Of a DNA stretch of 64,000 nt, positions 23,018-36,336 are shown one piece after another (position 1 is the first letter of the stretch; each line of letters begins with the position of its first letter). The notes below the pieces were generated by a model. It was not told where the DNA came from. It searched no databases and was given only the letters and a program-made list of their open reading frames with translations. Position numbers and translations under genes: made by a program. Location: the NCBI GenBank assembly GCA_052327205.1, contig CM126209.1, positions 43,152,001 to 43,216,000 on the forward strand, in the 5' to 3' direction. The stretch comes from Somniosus microcephalus. Taxonomy: Eukaryota.

Positions 23018-26000
23018 AACAACAACAACCACAACTTGTATTTATATAGCACCTTTAACATAGTAAAACATCCCAAAGCGCTTCACAGGAGTATTTCAAA
23101 CAAAAAATTTGACAGCGAGCCACATAAGGAGAAATTAGGACAGGTGACCAAAAGCTTGGTCGAAGAGGTAGGCTTTAAGGAGCATCTTAAAAGGAGGAAA
23201 GAGAGGTGGAGAGTTGGAGAGGTTTAGGCAGGGAATTCCAGAGCTTAGGGCCTAGGCAACAGAAGGCACGGCCACCAATGGTTGCGCGATTATAATCAGG
23301 GATGCTCAAGAGGACAGAATTAGGGGAGCGCAAATATCTCAGGGGGGTTGTGGGGCTGAAGGAGGTTACAGAGATAGGATCTGCTCATCAGAGCTGAATG
23401 TTGGACAAGCAGCCTGACAATTTAGAGGCCATGGAGGGATTTGCAAACAAGGATGAGAGTTTTGAAATCGAGGCGCTGTTTAACCGGGAGCCAATGTAGA
23501 TCAGCAAGCACAGGGGAGATGGGCGAACGGGACTTGGTGCGAGTTAGGACACAGGCAGCCGAGTTTTGGATGACCTCTAATTTATGTAGGGTGGAATGTG
23601 GGAGGCCAGCCAGCAGTGCACTGGAATAGTCAAATCTAGAGGTAACAAAGGCATGGATGAGGGTTTCTGCAGCAGATGAGCTGAGGCAAGGGCAGAGACG
23701 GGCGATATTACGGAGGTGGAAGTAGGCGGTCTTTGTTATGCTGCGGATATGTGGTCGGAAGCTCATTTCAGGGTCAAATATGACACCAAGGTTGCGAACA
23801 GTGTGGTTCAGCCTCAGACAGATGTTAGGGAGAGGGATGGAGTCAGTGGCTAGGGAATGGAGTTTGTGGCGGGGACCGAAAACAATGGCTTCGGAGTTCC
23901 CTAAATTTAATTGGAGCAAATTTCTGCTCATCAGAACTGTATGTCGGACAAGCAGTCTGACAATTTAGAGACCCTGGAGGGGTCGAGAGAAGAGGTAGTG
24001 AGTTAGAGTTGGTTGTCGTCAGTGTACATGTGGAAATTGACGCTGTGTTTTCGGATGATGTCGCCAAGTGGCAACATGTAGATGAGAAATAGGAGGAGGC
24101 CAAGGATAGATCCTTGGGGGACACCAGAGGTAACGATGTGGGAGCGGGAAGAGAAGCCATTGCAGGCGATTCTCTGGCTACGATTAGATAGATAAGAATG
24201 GAACCAGGCGAATGCAGCCCCACCCAGCTGGACAACGGTGGAGAGGCGATGGAGAAGGATAGAGTGGTCAACCGGAAAGGGAGGTTGGAGATGGGGTGGT
24301 AGTTTGCAAGGACGGAGGGGTCAAAGGTTGTTTTTTGAGGAGAGGGGTGATGGCGGCAGATTTGAGGGAGAGGGGGACAGTACCTGAGGAGAACTGTTAA
24401 CAATGTCAGCTAACATGGGAGCCAGAAAAGGAAGTTGGGTGGTCAGCAGTTTGGTGGGAATAGGGTCGAGGGAGCAGGAAACGGGTCTCATGAACAAGAT
24501 GAGCGCAGAGAGGTCATGAGGGGAGATTGGAGAGAAACTGGAGAAAGATGAGAGTTCAGGGCTAGGGCAGGGGGAACCTGAGAGGAAGTTTGGCCCAGTG
24601 AGCTAGGGGAAGGAAGGGAAGTGGCAGAGGCAGCTGAACGGATGGTCTCAATCTTAGAGACAAAGAAGTCCATGAGTTCCTCACACTTGTTATCGGAGGC
24701 GAGGGTGGAGGAGACAGGGGAGAGAGGTCTAATAAGACGGTTAGCAGTAGAGAATAGGAGCCTGGGTTTATCTTTGCATTCCAGAATGATTCTGGAATAG
24801 TGAGCAATTTTTGCAGACGAGAGCAGGGCCCGCTAGTGCTTTATGTGGTCCAGCCAGATCTGGCGGTGAATGGCTAAACCAGTTGTCCGCCATATCCGTT
24901 CAAGTCTGCGTCCCTTGGACTTAAGGGAGCAAAGATGAGAGCCGTACCAGGGGGCGCAGCCAGGGTGAGAGAGGGTAATTATTTTAGTAGGGTCTAGGGC
25001 ATCAAAGGTGGTGGTGAGGGTGTGGTTGAGCAGATCGGTAGCTGCAGAAATGTCATGGTGAATGGCGGGCCAGAGGCTGGACAGCTAGGATTTCATAAGT
25101 GCAGTTGAGAGAGAGTTGGGAAAGACATTTTTTCCAGGGACGGGCACAGAAGGAAATAGGGTTGGTGGGGGGGGGGGGGCGGGCGGGTGTGGAAGGGGGA
25201 TGTGGGTGGAGAGCGATACAAGGAAATGGTCAGAGATGGCCTTATCTGCAATTGTCACGATTGGAAGTAGCGAGGCCACGAGAGATGGCAAGGTCGAGGG
25301 GGTGGCCGTGAATATGGGTCGGGGAGTTTACATGGAGGGAGAGATTAAGGGAGGATAGGTGGCTAGTGAACTCAGAGGAGAGAGAGCATGATGAATTGAG
25401 ATGGAGGTTGAAATCACCGAGGATGAGAAGTCGTTCAGTGCAGAGGCTGTGGGAGGAGAACAGTGAAGATATCTCAGTAATAACATTTTTATGGTACTTG
25501 GGTGGGTGATAGAGAACAAGAATTTTAAATGAGAGGTGGGGGGATGGAATAAGGTGAGATGCTCAAAGGAGGAAAACTGCCAGAGGAATAGCGGGACAGA
25601 CCAAGGTGTGCTTTGGTGATGGGAGCCACACCGCCACCGCAGCGGTCTGAGTGATGGAAGATATAGCCAGGTGGGGAGGCTTTGTTAAGGGTAAGGTGTC
25701 ATCACCCCTCAACCAAGTTTCCGTCAGGGCCATGATGTCGATGCAATCATCCACAATAAGCTCATGGATGACAAGGGCCTTGTTCGCAAGTGAACAGACA
25801 TTTTGGAGGGAGATGCGGAGAGGGTCAGTGATGGCTGACCCACTGCCAGAGTCCACAGGGTCAGCGCTGGGGGCGATGAGTTGAACGGGGAGGAGATTGG
25901 CAAGATTTGCCCCTAGTGGGCGCGCTGGGCGGGAAGGTCGGTGAGCGAGTAGGATGGGACAGTTGGGGTTGCTGCTCGTAAGGATGCAGCGACGAGTGCC

Positions 26001-26260
26001 TCAATGGGCCCTTCGTAGGATGCCAAGAGAGGCACAGGGGGAAGCTGTAGGATTATCTAAGAGGGAGTCAAGCCTGGGATGGCAGCAGGAGAGTAGGAAG
26101 GTCGAAGAGTAATGAAGGATTGGGGTACGGATTTGGGAGGGCAGTGTATCCGAGAGAGGAGAGATGAAAGGGGGCATGACAACAGGAGAGTGCGGTCAGG
26201 GAGGGATAGCGAGGAAAGGAAAAGAGGGGGAAAAAGTGGAATGGCTCAGGTCTCGAGCGG
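23018..26260 (-). mobile_element. L2 LINE, long copy with EN and RT remnants, internally deleted
   Basis: EN: ISLQNVCSLANK..DIMALTETWL, ISDHFLV. RT: NYHPISNLPF, LLQLNLGNSEAIVFG, VRNLGVIFD, LHWLPVKQR. (GTT)n tail at 23018-23036. Multiple frameshifts; deletion near 24272. Confidence 0.92.
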
Positions 26261-27139
26261 TAGTATACACTAAAAATACGAATTATCCAGTTATTTTGAA
26301 TTAAGCAATATAAATAATATAGAAAAGTAGGAATTTAATGCGTTAAATTATCAGATCATTTGAACTAAGTGACTTTGAATTAATAGCAGACTGCATGTGG
26401 TTCTTTTAATTCAGATTCTGTCAGTCTTCTGTCAAGTTTGCTCATGGTGTTTCTCCAGTTTTGACTTGCAGACCCAGTTTGGGGTATAAAGGCCAGGAGC
26501 TGGCTTACAGATACCAGGGTCCCAGAACCCAAGTCAGGAGAGAAAAACAGTTAACGTCTCCTCTCTCAGACAAAGTCAATGCATTTCAAAACAAATTTCA
26601 GGATGATCTGCCATTTTCTCCTGTTCAACAGTTTGCCATTGATACCTACTGACGTATCTCAATTTTTCTGGAGCACTCTTGACACAGTGGGGTCAATTTG
26701 AAGGGCAGGAAATGTGTTGTTGTGAAAAACTTTGCTATGGTGATAGCGAAATGTCTTGAAATATGTAAAGGATTTGCTGCTGACTTTGAGAGAACCAAAG
26801 CAGTGGCCCCTTTAGGATACTTTTAATAAAGATTGCTTTGATTTAAAGCCAACTTACTTCTCCTCTGTCACAGCGTCAATGAATCATCAACCCCGCCCCC
26901 CATAATTATTAGACATCATTTTTCTTTCAACGCACAGACACTTAGCAATTTAATTTCCTCTTGGTGTTGTGAATTCTTTTTAGTGCACCTGCAGGTACGC
27001 ACTACTTTACTCACTGCTTTCTTGGAGGTCGGATGTGCTGCAACTTAGCAATTTGTAGTAACAATGCAGTCACTCATTAACCATCATAACAGGAATGCAA
27101 CTGGTATAAATAGCGCACAGTGCATTAATTCAACGCTGG

Positions 27140-27365
27140 AATGTGCAAATGTGGGCGCTCATGGAGGGAGCAAGGGGATCCGCAAAAGCCTGCTTCACAA
27201 AAGAGGCCCTTTAGATTACTGTAGATGGCACGAGGGAACAGCAAAATGCTTTCCACAGGGTTGAAAAAGCAATCCACTAATAAACAAGGGTTCTCAGCAG
27301 GTGTGGGATGCCATTGTGTGGAGGGTGTGTACAGTGTGCCACATAAAATGATGTGTGAAAGGTGG
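27140..27365 (+). pseudogene. Highly decayed Harbinger Myb/SANT-like ORF remnant
   Basis: AKACFTKEAL and QQVWDAIVWRV segments resemble the N-terminal F and conserved W helices of Myb/SANT-like Harbinger proteins; stops and frameshifts present. Confidence 0.35.
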
Positions 27366-29574
27366 TGTCATATTTGAAGAGAAATACCAAAGTAAGCAAA
27401 TGGGATCACTCCTACTGCTATATATGGGTATGCCTCAATTATCTGGGGAGTCCAAACTAAGGGCTGTGGGCCATTTATAACCATTGAGCTCGGGGGAGCT
27501 GGCCCACGGAGCACACATCTCATTCAATTTGAGCTTTTATTTATTACTCACTGGATTTTACGGTTTAAGTTTTATAGGCCTCGAGCTTTGGGAGAGATTA
27601 GATAAACCCTAAATCAGGACATGAGAATCTTATTATCCACAGCTTGAGGTATATGCAAAATAATGGGAGTATTGATTTAAACTTTCTATATGGCCCACAA
27701 GGATCCATAGTATGCACTTGTGCCCTACAAACACAAAAGCTTGGGATACTTCTGTCCTATGTGATAAACTATTAGAAAGGGAGGTTGTGGGCAAGGTTTA
27801 AATGTGGAGGATTCCTGGGAGATTTTCTGAGGACCTGCTTGCGATTCTGCTGGCTGTGTACCTCTGAGCTGCTGACCAAGATGTTCCCAGTTGTGCACAA
27901 AGAGAAGGTGCCCTATTCCAGTTATGGCCTGCATGTTTTGGAGTACTCCTACAGTTACTTACTTAGAGGCCTGTTCTGCTAAGGGGCTGTTAATGACTTC
28001 AGAGCTTGCCATCCCTTCCTGTGCTTCTGCGCACATGCCAGTGTAGGAGGCCGAGTCCCAATGACAGCCATTGGTCTCTACGACCAGAGGCCATTGCTCT
28101 ATGAGGTCTCTGGATTGCTCCTTTGTGGCTTTGCTGAATGCATTTCCAAGCGTCTCAAAATCAATCTTTACACACCTTGCACTGCGGATCTCAGCACTCA
28201 GTGGGAGCTTTCATGAACAGATGCTCCAGTTCGGTTTGCTACCTGCATGCCCGAGGTCTTCCCTGCAGAAGCTACTGACGTTGCTTATTGCTCAATGACA
28301 GTCTGCAGCACAGAGAACTCTTGTTGCATGACGGTGCATAACTGGATGGTAGGATCCACAATTCAAGCCAGATTCAGCTTGCATCATTTCACGCAATGAA
28401 GCAATGACTTGTTCAGCAGTTCACGCTCATGGAGTATCCTCCATTTCACTGGTCAAAATTACAAAGCAAATCAGCAGGGCCCCTGCCAGGCTGGACCTCA
28501 CTCAGCAACACCGCTTCTCCCCATTTTCACCCTTGACCAGTGAGTCCTGAATACAGTGTACTTTGGCCCATGACCAGTAACTCCTGATGACTGTGAACTT
28601 CGACCTGGGCAAGGATTCAAAACATACCCAGTGAAATCAGACATTTAAGGTGTTAACCCCGAGATTACTCTACGTGGGTAGAAAAACTATATTATCGCAG
28701 CCCTGATATGCCAAAAGCACATGTTTTCTGTACAAAAGTAAGTAGCCAACTGGAATTCTGTATTTGTTGCGAAATGCAGAAGTGCTGCTGCAGCCTTTTC
28801 TCCAATAAGGGAGAAAAAGGAATGAAATAAGCTGTAAACATAGTTGAACAATATAGCTGTATGTATTTCAATCAATTTGCATGCTGCAAAATAACATCAA
28901 TGCTATTATAAGCCTTCTATTTGGTTGAGCATCGGATTAATATTCTGATTTCTGAGTGTTCCTACACAACACACATCAGCAGTGCTGGACTTGTTGGTAA
29001 ACTCACTGCCGGTTCACAAGTGATAAATTGTATTGGAAGTCCAATTTCCTGGTGTTCATTCAGTACAAAAGCCGTATTTCCCCCCTCAGTCTTATTACCA
29101 ATTGAAAGATTCCCTCCATTCAGTACATTACACAATGATAAGACATAAAATCTGACCGGGAAAGACAAAAGCTTTCAGAACTGCAGGGCGAGAACATTTG
29201 CATGTACTTTTAGATAAAGAAGTAATTAGTACTTGAGGAGATAAAGGTCGTTTGAGTTAAAATGTTTTATTTTAGGCACAAGATAATAATCTGGAGACCT
29301 GGTAATTGCATAATAATTCTCATATCCCCACTGTACAGTTGATGTTTTCTCAGTAGATCATGTTCAAGACTCTCTTAATGACACTTCACACATTCTTATA
29401 AATAAAGATCTCATAAATGCTCTGCGCTTAGCAAACTCACAGGATTTTATTGGAATCTATAACCTTGTTTTTTTTTTAAAGAGTAGTTTCAAAATGTCCT
29501 TTAAAAGAAAATCTGTTGTCTGTTTTAAATTACTCTGTAATGACTGGGTCTTTTACACACAAAAACTCTGTGCT

Positions 29575-29760
29575 ACGGTCAGCCTGGGTGATATATGTGA
29601 AAGAGGGAGTGGTTGTACTTTCAACTCTGGCACCTGGGTTCAAACTCAATCCAGATGAAACTCTGCCTCCATCCATCTCTCTCCCTCTCTTTCTGACAGC
29701 TGTTAGGAGTCTTAAGTGGTAATGAGTTTAATGAATTCTGGCAGTATCCAGTACAATGAG
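29575..29760 (+). mobile_element. Ancient SINE fragment resembling the LF-SINE head
   Basis: CTTTCAACTCTGGCACCTGGGTTCAAACTC...CTGACAGCTGTTAGG..TAATGAGTT resembles the recalled LF-SINE 5' region, with B-box-like GGTTCAAAC. Confidence 0.45.
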
Positions 29761-31919
29761 ATTTTAGCACTAATTCACTGGTGTCGAGATAGAAAGGACA
29801 GCAGAATGGAAATGTCTTGCTGGTGCTGCAGACGGTGCTCATTGGATTTCTGTATGAATTCGTAGACTGATGTCTTTCACACGATTTACACTTCGTCTGA
29901 CCCAAGAAGCCTTCGTTCTTTAATTGCCTGTAAAGGGGAAAAAGTTGCCCTTCACGTTATTTGTTTATACTGTTACTATTTATTTTTACTGAAAGATATT
30001 TAGACAGGATACTGCAGTTAAGCTTGAGAGCTTACTTACAATGGGTTCCTGCCAACATAATTATTTAATTAGTGTATATTACTAAATGTAAAATCAATAA
30101 AACTTAAAGGGGAACTCCACTTATTTTATCAAAACTATTGATTGCTTTCCACGTGAGAATCAGAATGGCACCTTGCAATGCAGTGGGGTCCAGGAGTGAG
30201 AGGCAGGAAAGTGCAAAAATTAGTTTTAAAAAAATGTATGTAATAGATTTTGTTTTAAGGTTTCATGTATGAGGGATGGGTGGGGAAGAGAAAGAGACAC
30301 GCACAAAAGTAAAGCTTTCTTTTAGTGCTTTACAGGGCCGATTTTACACCATGCATTGTTTTTTCTTCTGCTTCCTTAGTTAATGCTTCAGAACCTGAGA
30401 GAAGCCAGACTGTAAAAAAAAAAGTAATTAGAAACCAAGTGTACACACAGCCAGGAGAGGTCGTGGGAGGCAGCCGGCAATGGAGGCGTGCACTTGTATA
30501 ATGACCCCCCCAACACCAAGTTGCTTCAGGGACCAGACCTAATTTGCGGACCTTTCTGTCGCACTCCTGACGGAGTGACATGGGGAGAGTGCCGGAAGGG
30601 TCACGGATTTTTGACTCTTAAGGCAGTGTTCTCATTCACACCGGCAATCGTAAAATTCTGTACATAAACGTGGCGTATTTGAGTGCATCGAAAATAGTGT
30701 CCACCATAACCATCACAATAATGTGTTTCGGATTGCATTCAGAGGGCATTTTTTCAAAATGGGTCTTGCTGGATGTCGGCATTAGCAAATATGACTGGCT
30801 TACACTGTAACTGCCGATGGCTGCACTAGACCCATGCTTCAGGAACTGGCCACACAAACAGCCCACTGATACCAATATAAAAGCAGCTAAATACCTGTAG
30901 TGGGACAATCACACCCCTAAATGGCCTCTACATGAAGGAACATCTGGCTACTAATTTCTGTCTAGACACTCATGATTGTAATACCCCTTTCCTACATCAA
31001 AGAGGGGGTTTCTACACTTGCCTGTATAAATGCCCTGAAGCTTGTGAACAATTGCTCATTTGAGACCATTTCCACAAAATGTCTGGGCTATTTGTTGGGC
31101 CTAAACTAATTTATTTCTCAGTTTATTACAATAGTTTTCCTACCAGACGTCAGATCAGTGCCTTATACTCCTTATTTAGAACTACTCTCTTATAATAGTA
31201 CTGGCTCCAACTTAGTGCAACTGTGTCCTCGACTCGGGGCTCTTCAATAACTGTTTTCAATCTGCCCAATAGCCAAGCTCCCATTCCAACCATTGAGACA
31301 AGCTCAGGGTCTGTTGAGCTGGAACTGTAACCCTGCAATATCCATGCATTAGCCAGTTAAATTTGTTTTATATTCTGGGGCCAGTTTATTCATTTCAGTT
31401 TTATCGGATCAATAAATACCTTGCTGATAACACAATGCCAGTCCTTAATGTCTGCATGAAAACACACCAAAACACACTTTATAAGACAAATGAATAGTCA
31501 AACCAATTCACCATCGGGGCTACAATTTAGCTTTATCTAGGTGGACCAGCAGTTTACAACCTCACGTACCCAACCTTGTTCCTTTACTTCCCTTGGGCAA
31601 GCAGACTACTCCTAATATAGTTCTGATGAAAGGTCACACCCAAAACCAGTATAGTCACTAAGATTTCAGTAAAGTGTAGGTTTGTGATTAAAAAATTTTT
31701 TTTTTTTTTTTTTTTTTTACTGTATCCACTTGAATTGTGAAAATTACTGAGCGATACAATAAGAAGTGGCTTTTATACCAGTGCTTGTTCAGATCTGATC
31801 CATGAGCTAGCACCCCCCCCCGACCCCCGGCAGTTACTCCACTAAAACTGACTCCTTTACCCCAATGGCAGGCTAGCAGGCCTACAAAAAAAACTGTCTC
31901 TGCCATACTACCACTGGGA

Positions 31920-32246
31920 TCAACAACAACAACTTGTATTTATATAGCGCCTTTAACATAGTAAAACGGCCCAAGGCGCTGCACAGGAGTATTATAAGAC
32001 AAAAAATCTGACACAGCCACATGAGGAGAAATTAGGGCAGATGACCAAAAGCTTGGTCGAAGAGGTAGCGTCTTAAAGGAGGAAAGAGAGGTAGAGAGGC
32101 AGAGAGGTTTAGGGAGGGAATTCCAGAGCTTAGGGACGAGGCAACAGAAGGCACGGCCACCAACGGTTGAGCGATTATAATCAGGGATGCTCAAGAGGGC
32201 AGAATTAGAGGAGCGCAGATATCTCGGGGTGTTATGGGGCTGGAGG
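31920..32246 (-). mobile_element. L2 LINE 3' fragment
   Basis: Very similar to 23020-23365; (CAA)n tail at 31921-31933; RYLRSSNSALLSIPDYNRSTVGGRAFCCL motif. Confidence 0.9.
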
Positions 32247-32513
32247 TATAACAGTGTGCCCACCATCAGCTGACTCATGGATGCTGCTCTCCAAGAGTCT
32301 GAATTAAAGCAAGGCCAATATAAAAGATTAGGTGAGGTACTGGTGATGACAGATCTTTTGCTGGTGGGGGTGTTGGTAGCAGCAATTTGAGGTGATGGAC
32401 TAAGAGTATCACACAAAAACGGGTATTGTTATAATGCTAAGATGTATTGGCTAAAGTGTGATTTTTCCTATAGTATGTTGATAGCAATATACTGAATAAA
32501 CCCAGTGACAATT

Positions 32514-32600
32514 CTGAAATGTTAACCTTTCTTTTCAGATACTGATTGACCTGCTGTACAGCATTCTCTGTTTTTATTGCAGATTTTCGAGCATGCTCGT
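32514..32600 (+). mobile_element. Penelope pLTR fragment
   Basis: CTGAAATGTTAACC...CAGATACTGATTGACCTGCTG...GCATTCTCTGTTTTTATT aligns with 680-759. Confidence 0.65.
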
Positions 32601-32620
32601 TTTTTTCCCCCTTTCAACTG

Positions 32621-32899
32621 TTAAAATAGAACTGGGGAGTTCGAAGGAACAGAACCAAAAGTCATGGTATTCGCCAGTTCATTCCCCCCCAGATAGGTTG
32701 TAATTTTCTTGCAGCTCCACAAGAGGTAGAGAAAAGTGCCAGAACCCTGCCGACAGCTCCAACACCTATTTGTAACATTCATGCCACTCTTTTGTAAGTC
32801 AATAGCTGTAAAATTAGTTCTGTGCAGCTTTCGGAAGGGAAGATCATCACTGGGTTGGGCCCTTTGACGATTTTTTTTTGCCCTGTACAAAATACACAA
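32621..32899 (-). mobile_element. L1/Tx1 ORF2 C-terminal zinc-knuckle fragment
   Basis: RCWSCRQGSGTFLYLLWSCKKI matches the L1-clade CWxC..GT..H..WxC motif (H lost). Confidence 0.7.
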
Positions 32900-35800
32900 G
32901 CGTATGACTGCAGTCTCCCAAATCTAACACATTACTGGCATGCACTTATCTCCTAGGTGCAATGGAAAAAATGTCACTCGCGTTCAACATGACAATCTGC
33001 AATGCTTGTCTATACTCAACCCTTTTTGCCACTTCATGAGAATTTTTAAATGGAGCACATGACGTGTTAAAAAGCCTGCTGAAATTTTTTTTTTTTAAAT
33101 CATAGGAAGATTTAAATGCAGAATTAAACAGCTGTTATAAAGGGTGTATAAAAATACCAGTAAATTGATAGACGGCAAAATGTTGAAGGTAAGATAGGAC
33201 AGCTAGGTAATAGGGTGTAGGACTGGGATCCAGACTGACAAACACGCACTTTGCAGCAGGGAAAACAGTCAGGTGTGGAAGCCCTGGCCGTTTTCTTTAA
33301 CTCCCTAGCTCAGGGACACTGAAGCTAATTAAGGGGCCCCCGCGGTCGAAGCTGGCTAATTCAGTGCAGGCTAGCGATCAACGTGGGACTATATTGGTTA
33401 GTGTAGCTTAATGTCACACTGTTAAGATTTAGAGCCAAGCCTAGATTTGGTCAAAAATGTGCAGGAAGTGAAGGAAAAAACATACTTGCTCATTTTAAAT
33501 AAATTATTTGTCTTGAGCCCCTTGCTTAATAACACGTTAAGAGGATGAATGTGCTCAGTCTGAATATTTAAGGAACTTTTTGACAGACATTCTGCACTGG
33601 AGACTCTAGTAGTGTAAACCTGGTTCCAGTTTACAAGCCTCCTTTGTGAACAATCGGAAACAGAGCTGCCCTTCCATTTGCACTGGTATCTGGGACTGAT
33701 GCTCGAGGCAGCAGCTAGAATAACATATTAATCAGCCCAGTTTAAACTGTAGCTCACAACATGGAAGTCAGCAAGGTAAACTCTCGAAATATGAAGAGAA
33801 TGCAAATGCAGAAAAGGATTAAAAAGCAATTAATATCACAGCATATATACATATTCTGTTTATAGTGGCACAAATTCACTTGCACTAAAGCTAAACTGGT
33901 CTAACACCAGCAAAGAAACAGAACCAAAGGACTGCATTGTTATAATGACTGTGCACTAGTAGATTAATCAGGAAGATTTATACCCGATACTTGAAGATTA
34001 ATATCAGATTTATGCCAAGATCTCCTGTGTAAATGGGACTTTTGACTCAATAGCAGTTTAACATCCTCTAATGTTTCTAACATCGCATTCAAACTGCAGA
34101 AATGCTTGAAGCTACCATTGCCATGGCATGATATAAACTTTTGTATCGCAGTGAAGTGATGTAGTATCACTTGACTTCCACACAACGTGCCAAAACTATA
34201 TAGAAAAGTGGCCGCCGCCTCGCAGGGAGGTCGAGGCTCATTATTGTGGGGCTGTTGGGGTGTTTCACAAATACACCAACTCTCTTCCCTACTTTGATGC
34301 TGTCACTGTATGGAAAAAATGCCTCTTCCATCATCCCTCACCTTATGGAGCGCATGCATTTACACACACGTACGTGCATTCTGTGAAGGAGTCCCGTAAC
34401 TAAATGGGGGATTACAATAAACAAAAGAAAGCACACCTCATGTACCTGCTCATACAGTAAATGTATGAAATGGATTATACTCTTCCTCTCCCTGTACTGC
34501 TTCGGCTCAGATTTAACTGAAATCTTCTTTCCAAACTTTGTAAATTTGATTCAGCTTAACCTCAAATGATAATTGTAAACTGCAGATCTTAAATACACCC
34601 TGGAGGAACAATTTTACACATGCTGTACAGTATATCTCAAACACACAACAAAGGCAAGGCTTTTAAGTGTGAAATGTTGGTATGGAAAATATCTAAGCAT
34701 TTGCTTCTGGGGCTTGAAATTCAGATAGGACTGGAAACGATTCTCTGGTTACAGTACAAAGCAAGAAATGAGAAAATTCTCCTCACGACCTTCAGTATAA
34801 TTAAAAACTCAGGAAAAACACTCGTATTACTCAAATCATATTCAGCCATAATTTAACTAGAATCAGGTAATGTGCTGCAAAACACAGATAAAATATACCA
34901 CAGAAACAAAAACACATTTGAAATGTGTTTGCTGTCTTCCTAAAGTCTATCTGGGATGCTGCTATAGATATTTTCATGTTGAAGTGACTGCACTGTGTAA
35001 TATACAGATGAGGACCTCTGTAGACCCAGTGATACTGGGGACCCACATTTTCACAAGCTGCCTTCGGTCTCCAGTTACCTGCAAATGCACAGACCTTGAT
35101 CAGGAGCATTAGCAGGAACAAAGGTAAATAGAGGAGAGAGCTGTGCACGGAGATCGCTGATCTCTGTTTGAGCACTGCTCTCCCAAGTCTCTTACTTCAA
35201 AATACAAATGGCTGATGTGAAAAGACTAGGAGGCAGTTTCCCCCAAGTGGTGAAACTAAATTTCAGGCCTTGACTTGTAATAGCATCAAGAAATGCATTA
35301 TTATGTAGACAATCAAACAAATGACCTTCAAATTGATGCTGCAAAGTACTTTCAGCTGAACAGACAATTATAAACCTTTCTTGTAATACCTTCATGCTAG
35401 GTACCCGTATTCTTCACTTCCATCACTGAAAATGAGCAGATTGAGAAATTGCTCCAAATCTAAATCCAAGTCCAGCTGTTCTGTCTGGTTACCACTTTGA
35501 TGTGACTACAGTATTTATTTCTGTCACATCATTAATACACTGAAGTGCTGCACCAATGAGTGGGTTCTACCCCACAATAGAATTCTCAACCTTAACAGTC
35601 TGGGGAGGCAGGTGATTTTAAAATGAGCTGCTTGTTTAATACTTTCTAAAAATAAAAATTGGATTTATCTTTATTCATCCTAAATGACAATGTATTTTTT
35701 TTTTAAGTTTGCCAATTTAGCACAGCAGACCCTCAATACTTTTAGACCAACTGGCTCCATCTCTGCTGCTATGGAAACAGGGTCAAACTGAAAGTGAATA

Positions 35801-36336
35801 AGGAAACTGAGGCAGATACAAAATGAACTGGCAGGAATTCAGAAGCACTCTTCTGATTTTTTTTAAAAAGTAAACTCTTTCTAAGAACAGTTGCCTTTAA
35901 AGACTGCTAGCAGTTCAAGTACAACAGTACTGTACACTACTGCTAACAGCTCACCCTTGCCATAGGGCACACACGGTAGATACTGGGTAAAGTTCCCTCA
36001 GCTGCATAAAGTGTCCTCACTGTGCTGCTTTAAATAAACAAAAGTTTTATGTGTACGTGTGACTGTCAAGTGAAGAGATGTCTAAATGCTGGGTAATGGA
36101 ACAGACTTGTTTTTAACACCAAGCACCCCCAGGTCAGATACAGTAGTTTAAATGCTGAGTAAATGGGGTGAGATTGTTCTTGGGCAGTAGTGCAAAACAG
36201 CTGGCCCGATTTTCTTGCCACTGGAAAAGAAAATTGAGCAGGGTATAAAATGGGCTGCCGATTCGCTATTGCCCGTTTTGTGCTGCCGACAAAGACCAAT
36301 TTCACCCCCAATATCACTCTGCAAGACCCAAATAAT

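Noticed and set aside
28584-28610. CTGATGA box (also near 61824)
   Set aside because: No GAAA box or flanking stems.
30334-30916. Possible further Harbinger-like MITE
   Set aside because: Terminal similarity too weak and no TSD; not listed as a feature.
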